Source: Parcubacteria group bacterium
Lineage (GTDB): Bacteria; Patescibacteriota; Minisyncoccia; Phycocordibacterales; GCA-002724975
Reading direction: 5' to 3'
Assembly: GCA_002724975.1 (NCBI GenBank)
Contig: PBQF01000039.1
Coordinates: forward strand, 1,152 to 65,151
Length of the DNA stretch: 64,000 nucleotides
Of this stretch, positions 35,769 to 46,798 are shown piece by piece. Made by a program: the position numbers and the translations under genes. Below the pieces are notes generated by a model. That model was not told where the DNA came from. It worked only from the letters and a program-made list of their open reading frames with translations, and made no database searches. Within the stretch, counting starts at the first letter, position 1. Each line of letters opens with the position of its first letter.

Positions 35769-37211
35769 CTATTTTCTTAAGAATAATGGTTTTGGAATAA
35801 CTTTTCCTTCAATTCCCTTTGATATTATTTCTGCTGTTTCTGGAAGAAATGGCTTTAGAAGTGTGGCTATTTCATACAGACGAGTAGCAAGATAAGCAAC
35901 AATCTCTTTTGCTTTTTTTTCGTCCTTCTTAATTAACTTGAAAGGCTCAGTTTCTTGAATATGTGCGTCAAGTATTCCTATTTCTCTCCAGATGTAATCG
36001 AGCGCTTTGTTAAATTCAAAGTTGTCTATATGTATTCTGAGTTTATCAAAATCCGCCCCTTTTAAAATTTCTTCCTTTTTAGGTAAAACTATCTCAACCC
36101 CATAATCAACATACATCTTCATAATTCTACTAAAGAGATTCCCGAGACCATTGGCCAAGTTTGCATTATAGCTTTCCAATAGAATTTCTTCTGAGAAATT
36201 ACTATCTTCAACAGGAGAAACGTGCCTCAAAAGATGGTATCTCAAAGTATCAGTCCCGAATTTCTCCACAATTTCAAAAGGGTCGACGATATTGCCTATC
36301 GACTTTGATATTTTCTCACCCTTCACTGTTATAAAGCCATGGTAGAAGATTTCGTCAGTTGTCTTAATGCCAGCAGAAATTAGCATTGCCTGCCACATTA
36401 GAGACTGGAATCTAACTTGGTCCTTACCAGCAAATTGTATTGTCTGCCCATCATTCCAGAACTTTTGAAAATTGCCGTCTTTATCATCAGGCCAGCCAAG
36501 AGTTGAAATATAATTTGTTAGGGCGTCAAACCAAACATACATTACATGATTTTCATCTCCCGGCACTGGTACCCCCCAAGGCATTTTTTCTTTTATTCTC
36601 GATACAGAAAAATCTTCCAAACCACTCTTAACAAAATTTATTGCTTCCTCCCTTCTCCATTTAGGAGTAATGACTTTCGGATTTTTAAGGTACTCTAGCA
36701 ACTCTTTTTCATATTTACTGAATCTGAAAAAATAATTTTCTTCCTCAACCTCTTCGAGGTTTTTTGTTGAATGGTTTGGACAACGGTTGTTTTTACACTC
36801 GTCCTCCTTTATAAAACGCTCACAAGAAATACAATAAAGTCCTTTATAATTTTTTTTATATATATCACCTTTCTCCTGACATATTTCCCAAAGTTTTTCT
36901 GTAGCCTTAATATGATTTTCATCCGTTGTTCTTATAAAATTGTCATAACTTAAGTTAAGAGCTTTTTTTAATTCATCAAACTTTGGGGCTAGCTCATCAA
37001 CATATTCCTGAGGTTTCTTGCCCACTTCTTGGGCAGCGTTAAAAATTTTCAAACCATGCTCATCTGTTCCAGTATTAAAAAATACTTCCCGGCCCAAAAG
37101 TCTTTCGAAGCGAGCTCTGGCATCAGCCTGAATAATCTCCAATGCAAACCCAATATGCGGTTTGGCATTAACATAAGGAAGTGTGGTTGTTTGATAGAAT
37201 ACTTTTTTCAT
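35769..37211 (-). CDS. metG: methionine--tRNA ligase
   Basis: Class I motifs (HIGF variant of HIGH, KISKS), Zn knuckle CISC...CPNH; start at MKKVFYQ. Confidence 0.9.
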   Translation of the reverse strand: MKKVFYQTTTLPYVNAKPHIGFALEIIQADARARFERLLGREVFFNTGTDEHGLKIFNAAQEVGKKPQEYVDELAPKFDELKKALNLSYDNFIRTTDENHIKATEKLWEICQEKGDIYKKNYKGLYCISCERFIKEDECKNNRCPNHSTKNLEEVEEENYFFRFSKYEKELLEYLKNPKVITPKWRREEAINFVKSGLEDFSVSRIKEKMPWGVPVPGDENHVMYVWFDALTNYISTLGWPDDKDGNFQKFWNDGQTIQFAGKDQVRFQSLMWQAMLISAGIKTTDEIFYHGFITVKGEKISKSIGNIVDPFEIVEKFGTDTLRYHLLRHVSPVEDSNFSEEILLESYNANLANGLGNLFSRIMKMYVDYGVEIVLPKKEEILKGADFDKLRIHIDNFEFNKALDYIWREIGILDAHIQETEPFKLIKKDEKKAKEIVAYLATRLYEIATLLKPFLPETAEIISKGIEGKVIPKPLFLRK

Positions 37212-37267
37212 AAAAATCAATCGGACCACTCTAGAGGTCCGATTAATAAAGACTCCTAGAGAAAATG

Positions 37268-38356
37268 TTACTTGGCCTCATGCATGACATGTTCTTCGAC
37301 CAATTTTTTGTTGCCTACCTCGATATCATTTATAAATTCCATGATTACTGTAGCAATCGGAACAGATAGAATTATACCGAGGAAACCAGCCAATCTAACA
37401 CCGATTAAAATAGAGATTATGACAAAAATGGCCGGTAGTCCAGTGACTTTCTTAACAACCAAAGGAAAAATGAGGTGGTTCTCGAACTGCTGAATGATCA
37501 TATATAGAGCCATAACTATAAGACCAGTAGTTACTCCTCCCTGATCAAAACCTAGAACAATAGCCGGAATAGCGGCCAAAATAGGCCCAAATAGAGGTAT
37601 GAGCTCGAAAATAGCTGCTAATACAGCCAGAAGAAAAGCAAATTTTATATCAAGAATAGCAAGCCCTAGATAGACTAATACACCAATTATCAGGCCCAAA
37701 ACTAGCTGCCCCTGCATCCAAAGACCAATTTTAACCTGTGACCTCCTCCATAAATCAACAATGTATTCTTGGTGCTTGGCTGGAGTAATAATTCTCAAAA
37801 AGTTACCAACACCATTTTCTTGAACTGAAAGATAAAAAGAAAGAACAACTATTAATATAAAACTCATAGCGCCGCCGAAAATAGCACTAGCAGTTTTCCA
37901 GAATCCTTCGGTGGCACTGCCAATCATATTTTGAAACTGGCTGACAAAATCAGTAATAGAAAGATTTTGTGATATATCCTTGACCGCTGGATTTAGAATA
38001 CCTAAATCTTTATCATTAATGGGATTCCAAAAATTAATGTTATCAACAAACTGTGGAAGATTAGTTACAAAACTTGAAACCTCTTTAAAAAGAGACGGTA
38101 CAAAAGAATAAAAAAGTCCAATAAAAAAAACTGCCAAAAGAAGATAGACCAAAATGACCGCAGGTAATCTTGGAATTTTGTGTCTTCTGAACCATTTAAC
38201 AGCTGGTTCGATTGCCGAGGCAACAACTACCGAGGTAAGCATGACCAAAACCAAGTCTCTAAAAAGGTAGAGCGCAGAAAACAAAAGAATGAAAAGTATC
38301 GACTTAATAATGGTCCCAGAATCAATATGAATATTGAGGTCTCTTCCTCCTTCCAT
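37268..38356 (-). CDS. AI-2E family transporter (PerM/UPF0118)
   Basis: 362 aa, 8 TM, typical AI-2E layout. Confidence 0.7.
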   Translation of the reverse strand: MEGGRDLNIHIDSGTIIKSILFILLFSALYLFRDLVLVMLTSVVVASAIEPAVKWFRRHKIPRLPAVILVYLLLAVFFIGLFYSFVPSLFKEVSSFVTNLPQFVDNINFWNPINDKDLGILNPAVKDISQNLSITDFVSQFQNMIGSATEGFWKTASAIFGGAMSFILIVVLSFYLSVQENGVGNFLRIITPAKHQEYIVDLWRRSQVKIGLWMQGQLVLGLIIGVLVYLGLAILDIKFAFLLAVLAAIFELIPLFGPILAAIPAIVLGFDQGGVTTGLIVMALYMIIQQFENHLIFPLVVKKVTGLPAIFVIISILIGVRLAGFLGIILSVPIATVIMEFINDIEVGNKKLVEEHVMHEAK

Positions 38357-38413
38357 TAAGATTATTATTACACTTTAGAAAAAGAGAAGCAAAGGATTAA
38401 ATTTGAGCACCCC

Positions 38414-40348
38414 TTAATCAATAACCCTTTCGCCTCCAGTCTTGAAACTCGGGTCCGTACTTATTCGAGTAGTTAGTTCCCCCTTAGTGCTTTCCAGAAG
38501 AGCGCCGGTAAAATCATCTTTAGCTGTTACCTTAGATTTGTTCACAAGAATCGGAACATTGTTAACCTGACTTAAACTTGGAGTAAAACCTATTTGAAAG
38601 GCCACTTCTCGAGCCGATGAGGAAAATCCCGAGCCGGAAGCAATAGCCCCAACATCCCAAGAAACCTCCCTATTAACAGAGTTGTAATTCAAAGTTTCCT
38701 CCGAAGCGCTTGTGTTAGCGGTCCACCTGATATAAGAAGGGAGTTTAGCTGAAATAACTATGTCCGAAGCATTATTAACGCTGTTACTTAAAGTCCAAAT
38801 AACTGTGTAGGTTGTCTCTACTTCTGCCTTTGGAGGAATAGGACCTGAATTCAAAATTGGTCCTGAAAAATGAACTATTCTGGGTGCCAGAGAAAGATTT
38901 GTATCAAATCTTATACTTTTCTTTGACGAAGAAATAACTTCTTCTGACACATTAGATTCTGAAAGTCTCCTACCTCTAACACTAACATTTAACGAGACCT
39001 CGGGATTTCTTAGAGAAGCCCCGGTAAACTCCATTGAATTAAACCTAAAATTAACAGTGCCATTGTCTCCTGGATTAACAGATTCAAAAAAAGGACTCCT
39101 TTCTTGATTCCAAACAACAATATCACTCAAAGAATCAAAAAATCCTCCTCTAACAAAAACTGAATTTTCATCAACATCTCCAACAATTTTTGCTTCTATT
39201 TCTACATTTGCAATACTTGTTGGTAAATTGTTCTTCCATAGGATATCAACATTCACAATTTCTCCGACTGGAGTACTGTAATTATTTGAGGTGCTGCCAT
39301 CGACTACAATATCAAGAGACAGAAATGGTTTTTTTATAAAAATTAATTGAGTTGATGAAACAAAGGCAGTTTTTAGTTCCTGTTCGTCATCTTCGCTTTG
39401 AAGGCCACTGAAAAATCTAAAAATTCTTTCTTCATTGTCCTGGCCTTCAAGGACTCCTGTTATTTCTATTTTTTTCTCCTCGCCCGGAGACAAATCTCCT
39501 ATTTTCCAAATATTTTGTTCATACGAAGTCCGTGGTACAGATTCTTTAAATGTAAAACCAAATGGATACTCGGCAATAAACATTAAATCTTCTATTAGAT
39601 TATTGGAGTTTGACTTCAGAGTGACATCAAGTGATATTTCTTTACCAGAATTAACTTCTGTTAGAGACTCTATTGAAAAACTTACTGGTGAAGAACTTAT
39701 TTCAATTTCATATTCTTTTTCTTTAAAGAAAATAGCATTTGAACCCGAAACCCTGTATTCAACTGTTAACTTTATCTTTTCTTTGCTTCCCTCTTCCCCA
39801 AAAAGAACAGCATTTATCTCCTGCTCGAATTTATCTCCTGAGCCTATGTTACCTAAAGGAAATCGCTCCCGAGGAAGCTCAAGAGAGAGATTATTTGGTG
39901 ATCTGGTACCATCTGGATACTCAACAATCAAATCGGCTAATTCCAGAGCCGTATTATTATCATTAAAAACAATAATATCTAAAGAAAGTCTTTCCCCTCC
40001 ACTAACCGAGACAGGGCCTGAAACACTAACTTCAACATTGTCTGAAGAAATAATATTCCCCCCACCAAATAAGACAAACGAGGCAATAGCTAAAGCAAGA
40101 ATGAAAAATGCTACAGAACCTACCAAAAACTTTTTTAAAAAATTTCTTTGTTTTTTAGCCATTTGATTTTCTAAGGTTGGATTTTCAACAAGATTTTTCT
40201 TATCCTCTTCGGACCAGTCGTCTCTTATATCATTAACATTAATCCCAGTCGGTCTTCTTATATTCTCATCGGGCTGAGAAAAAGACCTGGAGTCCAGATG
40301 TTTTTTAAGTTCTTCTATTTTACTTTTCTCTTCATTTTCATTCTCCAT
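38414..40348 (-). CDS. hypothetical membrane-anchored extracellular beta-rich protein
   Basis: 644 aa; acidic cytoplasmic N-terminus, one TM, large extracellular portion. Confidence 0.4.
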   Translation of the reverse strand: MENENEEKSKIEELKKHLDSRSFSQPDENIRRPTGINVNDIRDDWSEEDKKNLVENPTLENQMAKKQRNFLKKFLVGSVAFFILALAIASFVLFGGGNIISSDNVEVSVSGPVSVSGGERLSLDIIVFNDNNTALELADLIVEYPDGTRSPNNLSLELPRERFPLGNIGSGDKFEQEINAVLFGEEGSKEKIKLTVEYRVSGSNAIFFKEKEYEIEISSSPVSFSIESLTEVNSGKEISLDVTLKSNSNNLIEDLMFIAEYPFGFTFKESVPRTSYEQNIWKIGDLSPGEEKKIEITGVLEGQDNEERIFRFFSGLQSEDDEQELKTAFVSSTQLIFIKKPFLSLDIVVDGSTSNNYSTPVGEIVNVDILWKNNLPTSIANVEIEAKIVGDVDENSVFVRGGFFDSLSDIVVWNQERSPFFESVNPGDNGTVNFRFNSMEFTGASLRNPEVSLNVSVRGRRLSESNVSEEVISSSKKSIRFDTNLSLAPRIVHFSGPILNSGPIPPKAEVETTYTVIWTLSNSVNNASDIVISAKLPSYIRWTANTSASEETLNYNSVNREVSWDVGAIASGSGFSSSAREVAFQIGFTPSLSQVNNVPILVNKSKVTAKDDFTGALLESTKGELTTRISTDPSFKTGGERVID

Positions 40349-40354
40349 AATAAA

Positions 40355-40951
40355 TCAAAGGTCACTAGCTTTAATAGACTGATTTATCTCTTTAACAATA
40401 AGTGGCCTGAAATTATTGGTATAACTCAACATATCACTATTATAATCAGCACCAGCCAACAGGGCTTCTAATTCATGATTGTCTTGCACATATCCCAGAC
40501 TTCTCAAGGTTCTAAGAACGATCAGAGTTTCAAGGTCAGAAACACTTTTATCATCGTGTGCGCCAGACTCCATAAAGTCAAAACCTTTGGTTATTATATC
40601 AAATAACTCCCTGTTGCTGTCCTCTTCGCCGAGAACCCTTTTCAAAAAAAGAAGCACTCTGGTGGAAGACTGAAGTTTTATTTTGTTATTTCTAAATGAG
40701 TCAGGAAGATTTTTTATCTTGTAAGCCTCGGTTATGTGCCAGCCATTTTTACCTTTAATTAGATAGAGATTAATTAGAAAAAGATTCTGTAAATTGTACT
40801 TGAGCTTCGACTTTAACTCCCTAACGCCCTGCGCTCTAACTCGAATAAGACCAAAATCCCGAGTAAAAATATTATAATTTCTACTGGCTTCGCCAATATT
40901 TGCTCCACCAATAACAATACCTGCGGTTTTATATTTTGTGTAAGACATCAC
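40355..40951 (-). CDS. recO: DNA repair protein RecO-like (short form)
   Basis: N-terminal OB-like RecO segment (GIVIGGANIGEASRNYNIFTRDFGLIRVRAQGVRELKSK). Confidence 0.5.
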   Translation of the reverse strand: MMSYTKYKTAGIVIGGANIGEASRNYNIFTRDFGLIRVRAQGVRELKSKLKYNLQNLFLINLYLIKGKNGWHITEAYKIKNLPDSFRNNKIKLQSSTRVLLFLKRVLGEEDSNRELFDIITKGFDFMESGAHDDKSVSDLETLIVLRTLRSLGYVQDNHELEALLAGADYNSDMLSYTNNFRPLIVKEINQSIKASDL

Positions 40952-43900
40952 TTAATTTTAATAGTTAAGGTTATCTCTCCTACCTTAACTTCTTCGCCTT
41001 CTAGAGAACTCTCTTTTTTAATAGAGTCTAGACCACAAACACTTTTTATTTCCTCTTGATGTTTATCAATAAAACTGGTATCTCCATCCGAAGAAAAAGA
41101 TAAAGAAATGGTGTCGCCTGGCTTCAGGCCCATATTCTTTCTCGTGTTTTGAATATACCTGATTAAATCTCTAGCATCACCTTCCTCTCGAAGCTCGGGG
41201 GTAATTTCTACATCAAGCTCAACTTCTAGTGATAAATTCTTGTCAAAAACCACTTTTTTTATATTAGTCTCATCTTTAATTAGATTAATAAGTTCATCTC
41301 TAGCTTTTAACTTTTCGCTTTTAACTTTTAACTCATTCAACGGTTGTCTAACCTTAATTCCAGCAGACGATCTGGCCTCAAGACCAAGAGATACTATATT
41401 TCGAATTTCTTTCATTTCTGAGAGAATATCTTGGTCTACAGAGCCAGTTTTTAGCCATTCATCTAAATGCACGCTCTCTTTCTCTCCACCCACCTTTCCA
41501 TACAAATCTTCCGCAATAAACGGAGTGAATGGAGCCATCAATTTGGAAAGTTCTTGTAAAACATGTCTAGTAGTAGATAAAGCATTTTGTTTGTCCTCAC
41601 CTTTCCCCTTAAATCTATCTCGTGACCTTCGAATATACCAAGTAGATAAATCGTTAATGAAATCAATAAATGGCCGTGCGGCTCTGTCTAGTTCATATTC
41701 ATCCATTGCTTTTGTTACTTCTTCGTTTAATTCTCCCAGACGAGAAATAATCCACTGATCTAAAACATTTTTGGAATCGGAACTACTTTCCTCTCCTTCT
41801 TTAAAAAGCTCATAAAATGAGAGAACATTTTGTAAACGCAAAATCACTTTCTTGTAAACTTCATCAACTCCGCTTTCTAAAAAGTTTAAATCTTCCCCTT
41901 TCATCACAGGAGATGACAAGAGATAAAGTCTCAGAGCATCAACTCCATATTTATCAAAAATAAGAAGTGGGTCAGGATAATTCTGTTTTGACTTAGACAT
42001 TTTACTACCATCTTCTGCTAAAACATTTCCGGTTGTAACAACATTTCTAAAAGCCACATCCCCAAAAAGCATAGTTGAAATTGTATGAGTGTAATAGAAC
42101 CATGTTCTCGTCTGCGCAATATATTCAGCAATAAAGTCAGCTGGAAATTGCTTACCCTCCTTCGGATTAAATTCTTCTGTATTTTCAAAGGGATAATGAT
42201 TTTGCGCAAAAGGCATTGACCCTGATTCGAACCAACAATCAAATACCTCTGGAACTCTTTTCATTTGCCCCCCACAGGAACAATTAAATTCCACAATATC
42301 AATGTAAGGTCTATGTAAATCAAGCTCATACAAATCATTATGTGGCAGGATATTAAACTCTACTTCTCGTACTTCGGAGTTATCAAAATAATCGATGTTT
42401 TCAACCAAATAATTTGCATCCCTGCCCATCGCCGCTCCATATAAAAGATGAATTGGCGTTCTGTGGCTTATTATAAGGATATTTTTGCCTTGATATTTTG
42501 AATCAATTTCATATATAAACTCTCCCATTCTTACTCTTATATCATTCCTGTTCTCGCCGTGCGGACATTTCTTTTCAAACTTTTCGTGCGTATTGCTGAA
42601 AAGTTTAGAATATTCTTCAATCGTTTCGCCATCATATTCCCCAAAGTCTTTCTCGGCAAGCCGTTTGTCATAAACAACTTCAAGACCAAGTTCTTTTGAA
42701 ATAATTTCTGCAGATTCTTTGGCCCTTAAGACTGGTGACGAAAAAATTAAATCAATCTTTTCATTTTTTAATTCCCTTGCTCTCGCCAGAATGTTTTTCT
42801 CTCCCTCGCTAGTTAAATGATTGTCTTTATTACTTCCAGAGTCCAGATATTGTTTTAAATTACTATCAGCGTTGCCGTGACGCATGACAAGATATTTGTT
42901 GCTATTATTTTTTAAACCAAGATCGTCTATTGAACCAACAACTTTCAGAGCATTGCATAAATGACATTTCCAAATTGGAAGAGGAGAAGCCCAGTATCTT
43001 GAGCGAGAAACATTCCAGTCAGGTGCGGTTTCTACAATATGTTCAAATCTGCCATGTTTTAGGTGTTCAGGTATCCATTTAATTTTTTTATTAAGCTCCA
43101 AAATTTCATTTTTTACTTTTTGTATGTTTACAAACCATGCTTCCATAGCATTATAGAAAAGAGGAGTTTCACATCTATAACAATGGGGATAGCTGTGTGT
43201 GTAAAGAATTTCTTTAAAGACAAGGTTATTCTTTTTTAGGAAGTCTAATATATCTTTTTCTGAATCTTTAAAATATTGACCCTTGATTGAGTCTAGAGAA
43301 TCATCATTAAAATACCCTCTCGAATCAAGAAGTGGAATTGCTGGTAAATCTTTTTCTAATCCAAGACGATAATCATCTTCCCCATAAATAACAGCTGTGT
43401 GAACAACACCTGTTCCCTCTTCGATTGAAACAAAATCAGCCGTAGTTATATACCAAGCTTTTTTATCAGATTTCTCAACTTTATCTATATTAAATAATGG
43501 TTCGTATTGAAGGCCGTCTAGAGCCCCGCCAAGGAGTATGCCACTAACTTTTCTCCTTCCGCCAACACCAACATCTTCCTTTTTATCCTTTGCTACAATC
43601 AGATTTTCCCCATCCATATTCCACATTTCGTATTCAATATCTTCTCCCACAGCCAAAGCTACATTTCCAGGCAAAGTCCAAGGGGTTGTTGTCCAAGCCA
43701 AGATATAAGTATTTTCATCAACAATTCCCCAGTCTTGAATTTCTTGTCCGGGCTTCAACTTAAATTTAACAGTTACAGATGTGTCTGTAACGTCCTTATA
43801 ACTATTATCCATAGCAATTTCTGCTTTTGCTAACGAAGTCTCACACCTTGGACAATATAAAAGCACTTTCCTTCCTTCATAAATTAAATCTTTGTCATAG

Positions 43901-44394
43901 ACCTGTTTGAAAGCCCACCAAACAGATTCAATATATGCATTGTCCATTGTTTTATAAGAGCCATCAAAATCAACCCATCTGGCAAATCTTTTTATTGTCT
44001 CTCTCCACTCGTCTACATAATGAAGAACTTTGCTTCTTGCAATTTGGTTAAATTCTTTAATGCCAATCTTTTCTATTTCTTTCCTACTTGAAATACCAAG
44101 TTCTTTTTCAACAATGGTCTCAATAGGCAAACCGTGACAATCCCAGCCCCATCTTCTGGGGACATGATATCCTTTCATAGTCCAATACCTTCCAACAACA
44201 TCCTTTACCGCTGAACCAAGAAGATGCCCGTAGTGGGGTGTCCCAGTTGCAAATGGCGGACCATCATAAAAAGTAAATGGTTTATTATTTTTGGTTTGTT
44301 CTAGAGATTTCTCGAAAATTTTATTCTCTTGCCAAAACTTTAAAATTTCTTTCTCTCTTTTAGCTATTTCGCTTTTTTTATTTTCTTGAGCCAT
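40948..44394 (-). CDS. ileS: isoleucine--tRNA ligase (type 2) with inserted histidine-phosphatase (PGM-like) domain
   Basis: PHYGH (HIGH), GWDCHGLPIE, KMSKS. An approximately 195-aa RHG...SHRTPI histidine phosphatase module lies between the WKCHLC zinc knuckle and the DLHRPYID...CSCGG segment. Confidence 0.85.
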   Translation of the reverse strand: MAQENKKSEIAKREKEILKFWQENKIFEKSLEQTKNNKPFTFYDGPPFATGTPHYGHLLGSAVKDVVGRYWTMKGYHVPRRWGWDCHGLPIETIVEKELGISSRKEIEKIGIKEFNQIARSKVLHYVDEWRETIKRFARWVDFDGSYKTMDNAYIESVWWAFKQVYDKDLIYEGRKVLLYCPRCETSLAKAEIAMDNSYKDVTDTSVTVKFKLKPGQEIQDWGIVDENTYILAWTTTPWTLPGNVALAVGEDIEYEMWNMDGENLIVAKDKKEDVGVGGRRKVSGILLGGALDGLQYEPLFNIDKVEKSDKKAWYITTADFVSIEEGTGVVHTAVIYGEDDYRLGLEKDLPAIPLLDSRGYFNDDSLDSIKGQYFKDSEKDILDFLKKNNLVFKEILYTHSYPHCYRCETPLFYNAMEAWFVNIQKVKNEILELNKKIKWIPEHLKHGRFEHIVETAPDWNVSRSRYWASPLPIWKCHLCNALKVVGSIDDLGLKNNSNKYLVMRHGNADSNLKQYLDSGSNKDNHLTSEGEKNILARARELKNEKIDLIFSSPVLRAKESAEIISKELGLEVVYDKRLAEKDFGEYDGETIEEYSKLFSNTHEKFEKKCPHGENRNDIRVRMGEFIYEIDSKYQGKNILIISHRTPIHLLYGAAMGRDANYLVENIDYFDNSEVREVEFNILPHNDLYELDLHRPYIDIVEFNCSCGGQMKRVPEVFDCWFESGSMPFAQNHYPFENTEEFNPKEGKQFPADFIAEYIAQTRTWFYYTHTISTMLFGDVAFRNVVTTGNVLAEDGSKMSKSKQNYPDPLLIFDKYGVDALRLYLLSSPVMKGEDLNFLESGVDEVYKKVILRLQNVLSFYELFKEGEESSSDSKNVLDQWIISRLGELNEEVTKAMDEYELDRAARPFIDFINDLSTWYIRRSRDRFKGKGEDKQNALSTTRHVLQELSKLMAPFTPFIAEDLYGKVGGEKESVHLDEWLKTGSVDQDILSEMKEIRNIVSLGLEARSSAGIKVRQPLNELKVKSEKLKARDELINLIKDETNIKKVVFDKNLSLEVELDVEITPELREEGDARDLIRYIQNTRKNMGLKPGDTISLSFSSDGDTSFIDKHQEEIKSVCGLDSIKKESSLEGEEVKVGEITLTIKIK

Positions 44395-44420
44395 AAATTA
44401 TTTATAGTAAACTTGTCGAA

Positions 44421-46085
44421 TTACATTTTTTCTGGAATTTTAATTCCCAAAAGATGAAGACCGTTTTTTAAAGTGTTGGCTACAGCCTTAGTTAAAAATA
44501 TTTTGTACTCGCCACCCTCTTCTACAATTTTCTGTGTTGCATAAAAACCATTAAAGCTACCCGCCAAATCAATCAAGAATTTGGATATTAACTGCGGAGA
44601 TTTGTCCTGCCAAGCCCTCAAAATAACTTCAGGAAATTTATAAAGCATTCTCTCAATTTCGATTGATTCCCAGTCATCCGGCAATTCGTTGGAAGGTTTT
44701 AAGCCCTTGGCTTTAGCAATATCCAAAACAGATTTTGCTCGAACAGTTGTATACTGTAAATATGGCCCTGAATCGCCCTCAAATGAGATTGATTTATCAA
44801 AATTAAAGATAATATCTCGACCAATTCCTTGCTTTAAAATCGAATACTTTAAGGCGGAAATAGCTACCATTTCAGCTACTTCTTCCCGATTCTCAACCTC
44901 TCTTTCCTCCATTACCTCTAAAACTTTATCCTGTATTTCCCCGAGCAAAGAATCTGCCGAAATCACGTCACCTGTTCTTGAAGACATCTTTCCTTCTGAT
45001 AGACGAAGCATTCCATGTCCAATATGAGTTGTTTTGTTAGCAAATCCTTCCTTTTCATAAACATGCTTCATTACTTCAAGTAAAACATCAAAGTAAGCAT
45101 TCACTTCGTTACCTGAAATGACATAGGATTCGTCGTAAGAAAAATATTCATCCTTAATTTTGGCTAGACCAAGTTCTTTTGCTTCATAAGTTGGTAGTCC
45201 AACAGAATTAATAAAAACTCTTGTATGAAGTCCGTAATTTTCTCCTTTGAAAACAATGGCTCCGTCACTCTTTTGAAAAAGATTTGCATTACTCTCAACT
45301 ATTTCCCTTCCCTCTTTCCCAGCCTCGCTCTCAAAAAACAACTTGTCAAATTCTGTGCCAAGTTTTTCATACATTTTTTCAAAATTATCCAGAGAAATTT
45401 CCTTACCTTGATCGTAAACTCTATTTATTTCCTCGTCCTCCCTACTATAAATCTTTTTGTTAATTTCTATAATCTCTTCTTTTGCCTTTTCGTCTTCTTC
45501 AAAACTTTTTGATCCTTTCGAATACGCCTCTCCCAAATCTTCATTTGTTTCTACTTTTTTCTTATCTTTCAAAATACTCCAAATAGCTTTAGCAATATGA
45601 AGTCCAACATCACCTTGATAATTTACCCTTCTCACATCAGCACCACCGAATTCTGCAATTCTTGAAAGAGATTCCCCGATAGTGTTAGTCATTAAATGCC
45701 CAATATGAAAAATCTTAAATGGGTTTGGGTCTGTATATTCAAGAATTACTTTTTTACCTGCAAGTGTTTTATTTTTACCAAAGCTTTCTTTAGTAGCATC
45801 CTTTAAACTGCTTGCAAAAAATTCTTTAGTTAGATGGAAATTAATAAACCCCGCTCCGGCTACATCAATTTTCTCTACTTCTTTTGGTTTTTCTAGATTC
45901 TCGACTATCTTCTCTGCTAGTTCTTTAGGGGAGTTTTTCTCTTTTTTAGATAGAATTAGAGCGATATTTGTTGAGTAGTCTCCATGAGAAAAATCTCCCG
46001 GGTGCTCAAAAATAACCTTATCGGCCGAAAGCCCAAGCTTTCCCAATGATTTCTGTAGTTTTTCCTTTAAAATATCGCTTATCAT
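44421..46085 (-). CDS. argS: arginine--tRNA ligase
   Basis: FHIGHLMTN HIGH motif, DALR anticodon-binding C-terminus. Confidence 0.9.
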   Translation of the reverse strand: MISDILKEKLQKSLGKLGLSADKVIFEHPGDFSHGDYSTNIALILSKKEKNSPKELAEKIVENLEKPKEVEKIDVAGAGFINFHLTKEFFASSLKDATKESFGKNKTLAGKKVILEYTDPNPFKIFHIGHLMTNTIGESLSRIAEFGGADVRRVNYQGDVGLHIAKAIWSILKDKKKVETNEDLGEAYSKGSKSFEEDEKAKEEIIEINKKIYSREDEEINRVYDQGKEISLDNFEKMYEKLGTEFDKLFFESEAGKEGREIVESNANLFQKSDGAIVFKGENYGLHTRVFINSVGLPTYEAKELGLAKIKDEYFSYDESYVISGNEVNAYFDVLLEVMKHVYEKEGFANKTTHIGHGMLRLSEGKMSSRTGDVISADSLLGEIQDKVLEVMEEREVENREEVAEMVAISALKYSILKQGIGRDIIFNFDKSISFEGDSGPYLQYTTVRAKSVLDIAKAKGLKPSNELPDDWESIEIERMLYKFPEVILRAWQDKSPQLISKFLIDLAGSFNGFYATQKIVEEGGEYKIFLTKAVANTLKNGLHLLGIKIPEKM

Positions 46086-46133
46086 AGGGCAAATTTTATC
46101 ATGATTACGGGCATATGCTAGAATAGTTGGAAT

Positions 46134-46796
46134 ATGGCACTCTCAAATAAAAGAATTCTTAAGGAAAAGAAGAAAGGAGACATTGTCATTGCCCCATTCA
46201 AAAAAGAGTACCTAAATACTTCAAGTTACGACCTCACTCTTGGCGAATATTATTTTCGAGAAAAGAAATCCCCCAACTACATGGGTATTTATAATATCTA
46301 TAAGAAAAGACACACTGAAGTTATCTGGGGAACAAAGCCAGAAAAGGCCACGAAAGCTAAGGAGGTTGTTCGTAATCCAGAGTTATTGGGTCTAGATCCT
46401 AATATGAGAATTATTCTTCTTGATCCAGGAGAAACAATCTTGGCCCACACCAATGAATTCATAGGCGGCAGGAATCATATTACAACTATGATGAAAGCAC
46501 GCTCTTCTCTTGGAAGAAACTTTATCGAGGTTTGTAAATGTGCTGGTTGGGGCGATGTTGGTTATACCAATCGTTGGACTATGGAAATCACAAACAATTC
46601 TAGAAGATATACTATTCCTCTTGCTGTTGGAGGCAGAATTGCTCAAATGATATTTTTTGAAACAGGAGAGATACTAGGCTCGGATTATACAAAAACTGGA
46701 AAATACCAGAGCAAAAAATCACTTAAAGATTTAAAAAAGGAGTGGAAACCCCAGATGATGCTCCCAAAACTTTATAAAGACTTTGAGAAGAAATAA
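46134..46796 (+). CDS. dCTP deaminase / dUTPase superfamily protein
   Basis: ILAHTNEFIGG...ARSSLGR... dcd-like motifs. Confidence 0.6.
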   Translation: MALSNKRILKEKKKGDIVIAPFKKEYLNTSSYDLTLGEYYFREKKSPNYMGIYNIYKKRHTEVIWGTKPEKATKAKEVVRNPELLGLDPNMRIILLDPGETILAHTNEFIGGRNHITTMMKARSSLGRNFIEVCKCAGWGDVGYTNRWTMEITNNSRRYTIPLAVGGRIAQMIFFETGEILGSDYTKTGKYQSKKSLKDLKKEWKPQMMLPKLYKDFEKK

Positions 46797-46798
46797 GC

